A DNA stretch of 35,160 nt from Deinococcales bacterium (GTDB lineage: Bacteria > Deinococcota > Deinococci > Deinococcales > JAAFIG01), in NCBI GenBank assembly GCA_031414595.1, contig JANNVX010000056.1:1-35160 (forward strand). The letters run 5' to 3'. Below the pieces are notes generated by a model. The model worked only from the letters and a program-made list of their open reading frames with translations, was not told where the DNA came from and made no database searches. The position numbers and the translations under genes were made by a program. This document shows, one piece after another, positions 33,489 to 35,160 of this stretch; position 1 is the first letter of the stretch, and every line of letters starts with the position of its first letter.

Positions 33489-34313
33489 TCAGTAATCAAT
33501 CATCCCAGAGCCGCGCAAGGACTTAAGGATTTCACGGATTGTTCCCCTTGACAAGCGCAATTCAAGCCGTATTTGCTCGGCACTTCGCACCCCATCTATT
33601 AAGTCATGGACTGTCTTATACATTCCGCCAATTGCAACCATATTTCCACCACGCCCAAAACTCGAGCGCCGCTCAGTCTTTTGTGGAATCACAACCCCCA
33701 ATAATGCCCGCCTCTCAAAAGTATTATTAACGGTTGTGGGCGGATTAACACCCTCGATTTCCATGACTTCTTGGGCGACCAACTCGAGCAGCGCCGAATC
33801 TATACTTGCCCCCCGAAAGGCATCCCGAATTTCTTTGACGGTACTGCCAAAACGGGCTTTTTTAAGAATCTCGAGTTCTGCCACACCAAGTGATTCATAG
33901 GCACTGACATTATTTCGCACTCTAATCCGCGCTTCGGGGCGCAAGGTCTTTTCGCGCATATGCTCATCTTCAAGCCGCGCCGCCTCGAGCAACGTGCCAA
34001 GTATCGAACCAGTCATGTTTGGTTCGACTGGGGTAAAACCCTCAAATAAACTGGTGTGGGCATAGCGCCAACGCAACATTGCCCGAACTGCCTCTGTTCC
34101 CTCGAGCAGTGACCCTTCGTGTTCACACAGAGCGCGAATCATTTTGCCCTGACGAATCACAAAATACGCCCGAGCCTCATCTGGACTTTCGCATTCAAGC
34201 ATCCCATTATGCCCAGAGGTACTCAAGTACTCGAGAAATGCAGGTAACATGGACTGCCGCAACCTCGCACTGAGTAAAGGCGCATCGGTAAAATTGGGTT
34301 TCGGCAGACTCAT
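33489..34313 (-). CDS. DUF4388 (PatA-N-like) domain protein with C-terminal HTH-like segments
   Basis: L...LEYL......G.L....G....A......G.EA...ML.W....F...LLEAAR..DE pattern. Confidence 0.7.
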   Translation of the reverse strand: MSLPKPNFTDAPLLSARLRQSMLPAFLEYLSTSGHNGMLECESPDEARAYFVIRQGKMIRALCEHEGSLLEGTEAVRAMLRWRYAHTSLFEGFTPVEPNMTGSILGTLLEAARLEDEHMREKTLRPEARIRVRNNVSAYESLGVAELEILKKARFGSTVKEIRDAFRGASIDSALLELVAQEVMEIEGVNPPTTVNNTFERRALLGVVIPQKTERRSSFGRGGNMVAIGGMYKTVHDLIDGVRSAEQIRLELRLSRGTIREILKSLRGSGMIDY

Positions 34314-34376
34314 GAAAGATTAGTCTATACGCAAACAAAGCAATCAGATGTGAAAAACGATAAAAAGCAATCGAAC

Positions 34377-35160
34377 TTACTCAAGGATTTCTGTAACAAC
34401 GCCAGCCCCAACGGTGCGACCACCTTCACGAATCGCAAATCGCAATTCCTTTTCCATCGCAATTGGTTTAATCAATTCAACTTCAAAGTTAATCTGATCG
34501 CCAGGCATGACCATTTCCACACCTTCGGGTAAGGTCACAATTCCAGTCACATCGGTGGTACGAAAGTAAAATTGTGGTCGGTAGCCAGCAAAGAATGCAG
34601 AGTGACGACCGCCTTCATCTTTATTAAGAACATAAACACTGGCTTTGAATTTGGTGTGTGGTTTGATGCTATTGGTTTTACTTAAGACTTGTCCACGTTC
34701 GATGTCTTCGCGTTTTACACCACGTAACAGCACACCGACATTATCGCCAGCCATACCTTCATCAAGCAGTTTACGGTGCATTTCCACACCAGTCACTACT
34801 GATTTAACGGTATCTTTCAAACCGACAATTTCAACTTCTTCGTTAATACGGCACTTACCACGTTCAATCCGACCAGTTGCCACTGTTCCACGTCCAGTGA
34901 TGGTAAAGACATCTTCGACTGGCATCAGGAATGGCAGGTCAACAGCCCGTTCTGGGGTTGGGATAAAGCTATCAACAGCATCGAGTAAGTTCCAGATGGC
35001 ATCTACCCATTTATTTTCTCCACGCGGGGTTTTTGGGGCAGTCACCAAGAAGTCTAATGCTTCTTTAGCCGAACCACGAACGATTGGAATATCATCACCT
35101 GGAAAATCGTATTTACTTAGCAGTTCACGAACTTCCATTTCGACTAGCTCGAGCAGTTCT
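34377..35160 (-). CDS. tuf: Elongation factor Tu, 3' part (5' end outside the window)
   Basis: [55 protein letters not shown]; the frame stays open to the window edge. Confidence 0.99.
   Translation of the reverse strand, partial: ELLELVEMEVRELLSKYDFPGDDIPIVRGSAKEALDFLVTAPKTPRGENKWVDAIWNLLDAVDSFIPTPERAVDLPFLMPVEDVFTITGRGTVATGRIERGKCRINEEVEIVGLKDTVKSVVTGVEMHRKLLDEGMAGDNVGVLLRGVKREDIERGQVLSKTNSIKPHTKFKASVYVLNKDEGGRHSAFFAGYRPQFYFRTTDVTGIVTLPEGVEMVMPGDQINFEVELIKPIAMEKELRFAIREGGRTVGAGVVTEILE

Overview
Chromosomal window from a bacterium that is probably a member of Deinococcota. This rests on L33, NusG, L1 and EF-Tu style, TANNNT boxes 5-8 nt before many start codons, and the rpmG-secE-nusG-rplK-rplA order. 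The left 5.3 kb is a minus-strand RNA operon. It holds 28 tRNA genes covering all 20 amino acids, plus a duplicated Ser/Trp pair. Interleaved are several non-tRNA structured RNAs: a 213-nt alanine-identity tRNA/tmRNA-like RNA, two RNAs sharing a Ro60/Y-RNA-type stem, a ~200-nt multi-branched RNA and a kissing-loop RNA. Toxin-antitoxin-type ORFs are also embedded. The operon is preceded by a putative promoter, a 48-codon leader ORF and an intrinsic terminator with a competing antiterminator, which suggests a translation-stress-inducible backup or repair system. The rest of the window holds rplA-rplK-nusG-secE-rpmG, a JAB/Mov34 peptidase, an 8xGAF-GGDEF diguanylate cyclase, an M29 aminopeptidase, a Kef-type antiporter, a myo-inositol catabolism operon with a DeoR regulator, a DEAD-box helicase, a clostripain-like protease, a TetR/SDR pair, a methionine gamma-lyase-like enzyme, a DUF4388-like protein and a partial tuf. 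The palindrome CTCGAG is strongly over-represented throughout. All RNA folds were derived by eye, and no searches or folding programs were run.
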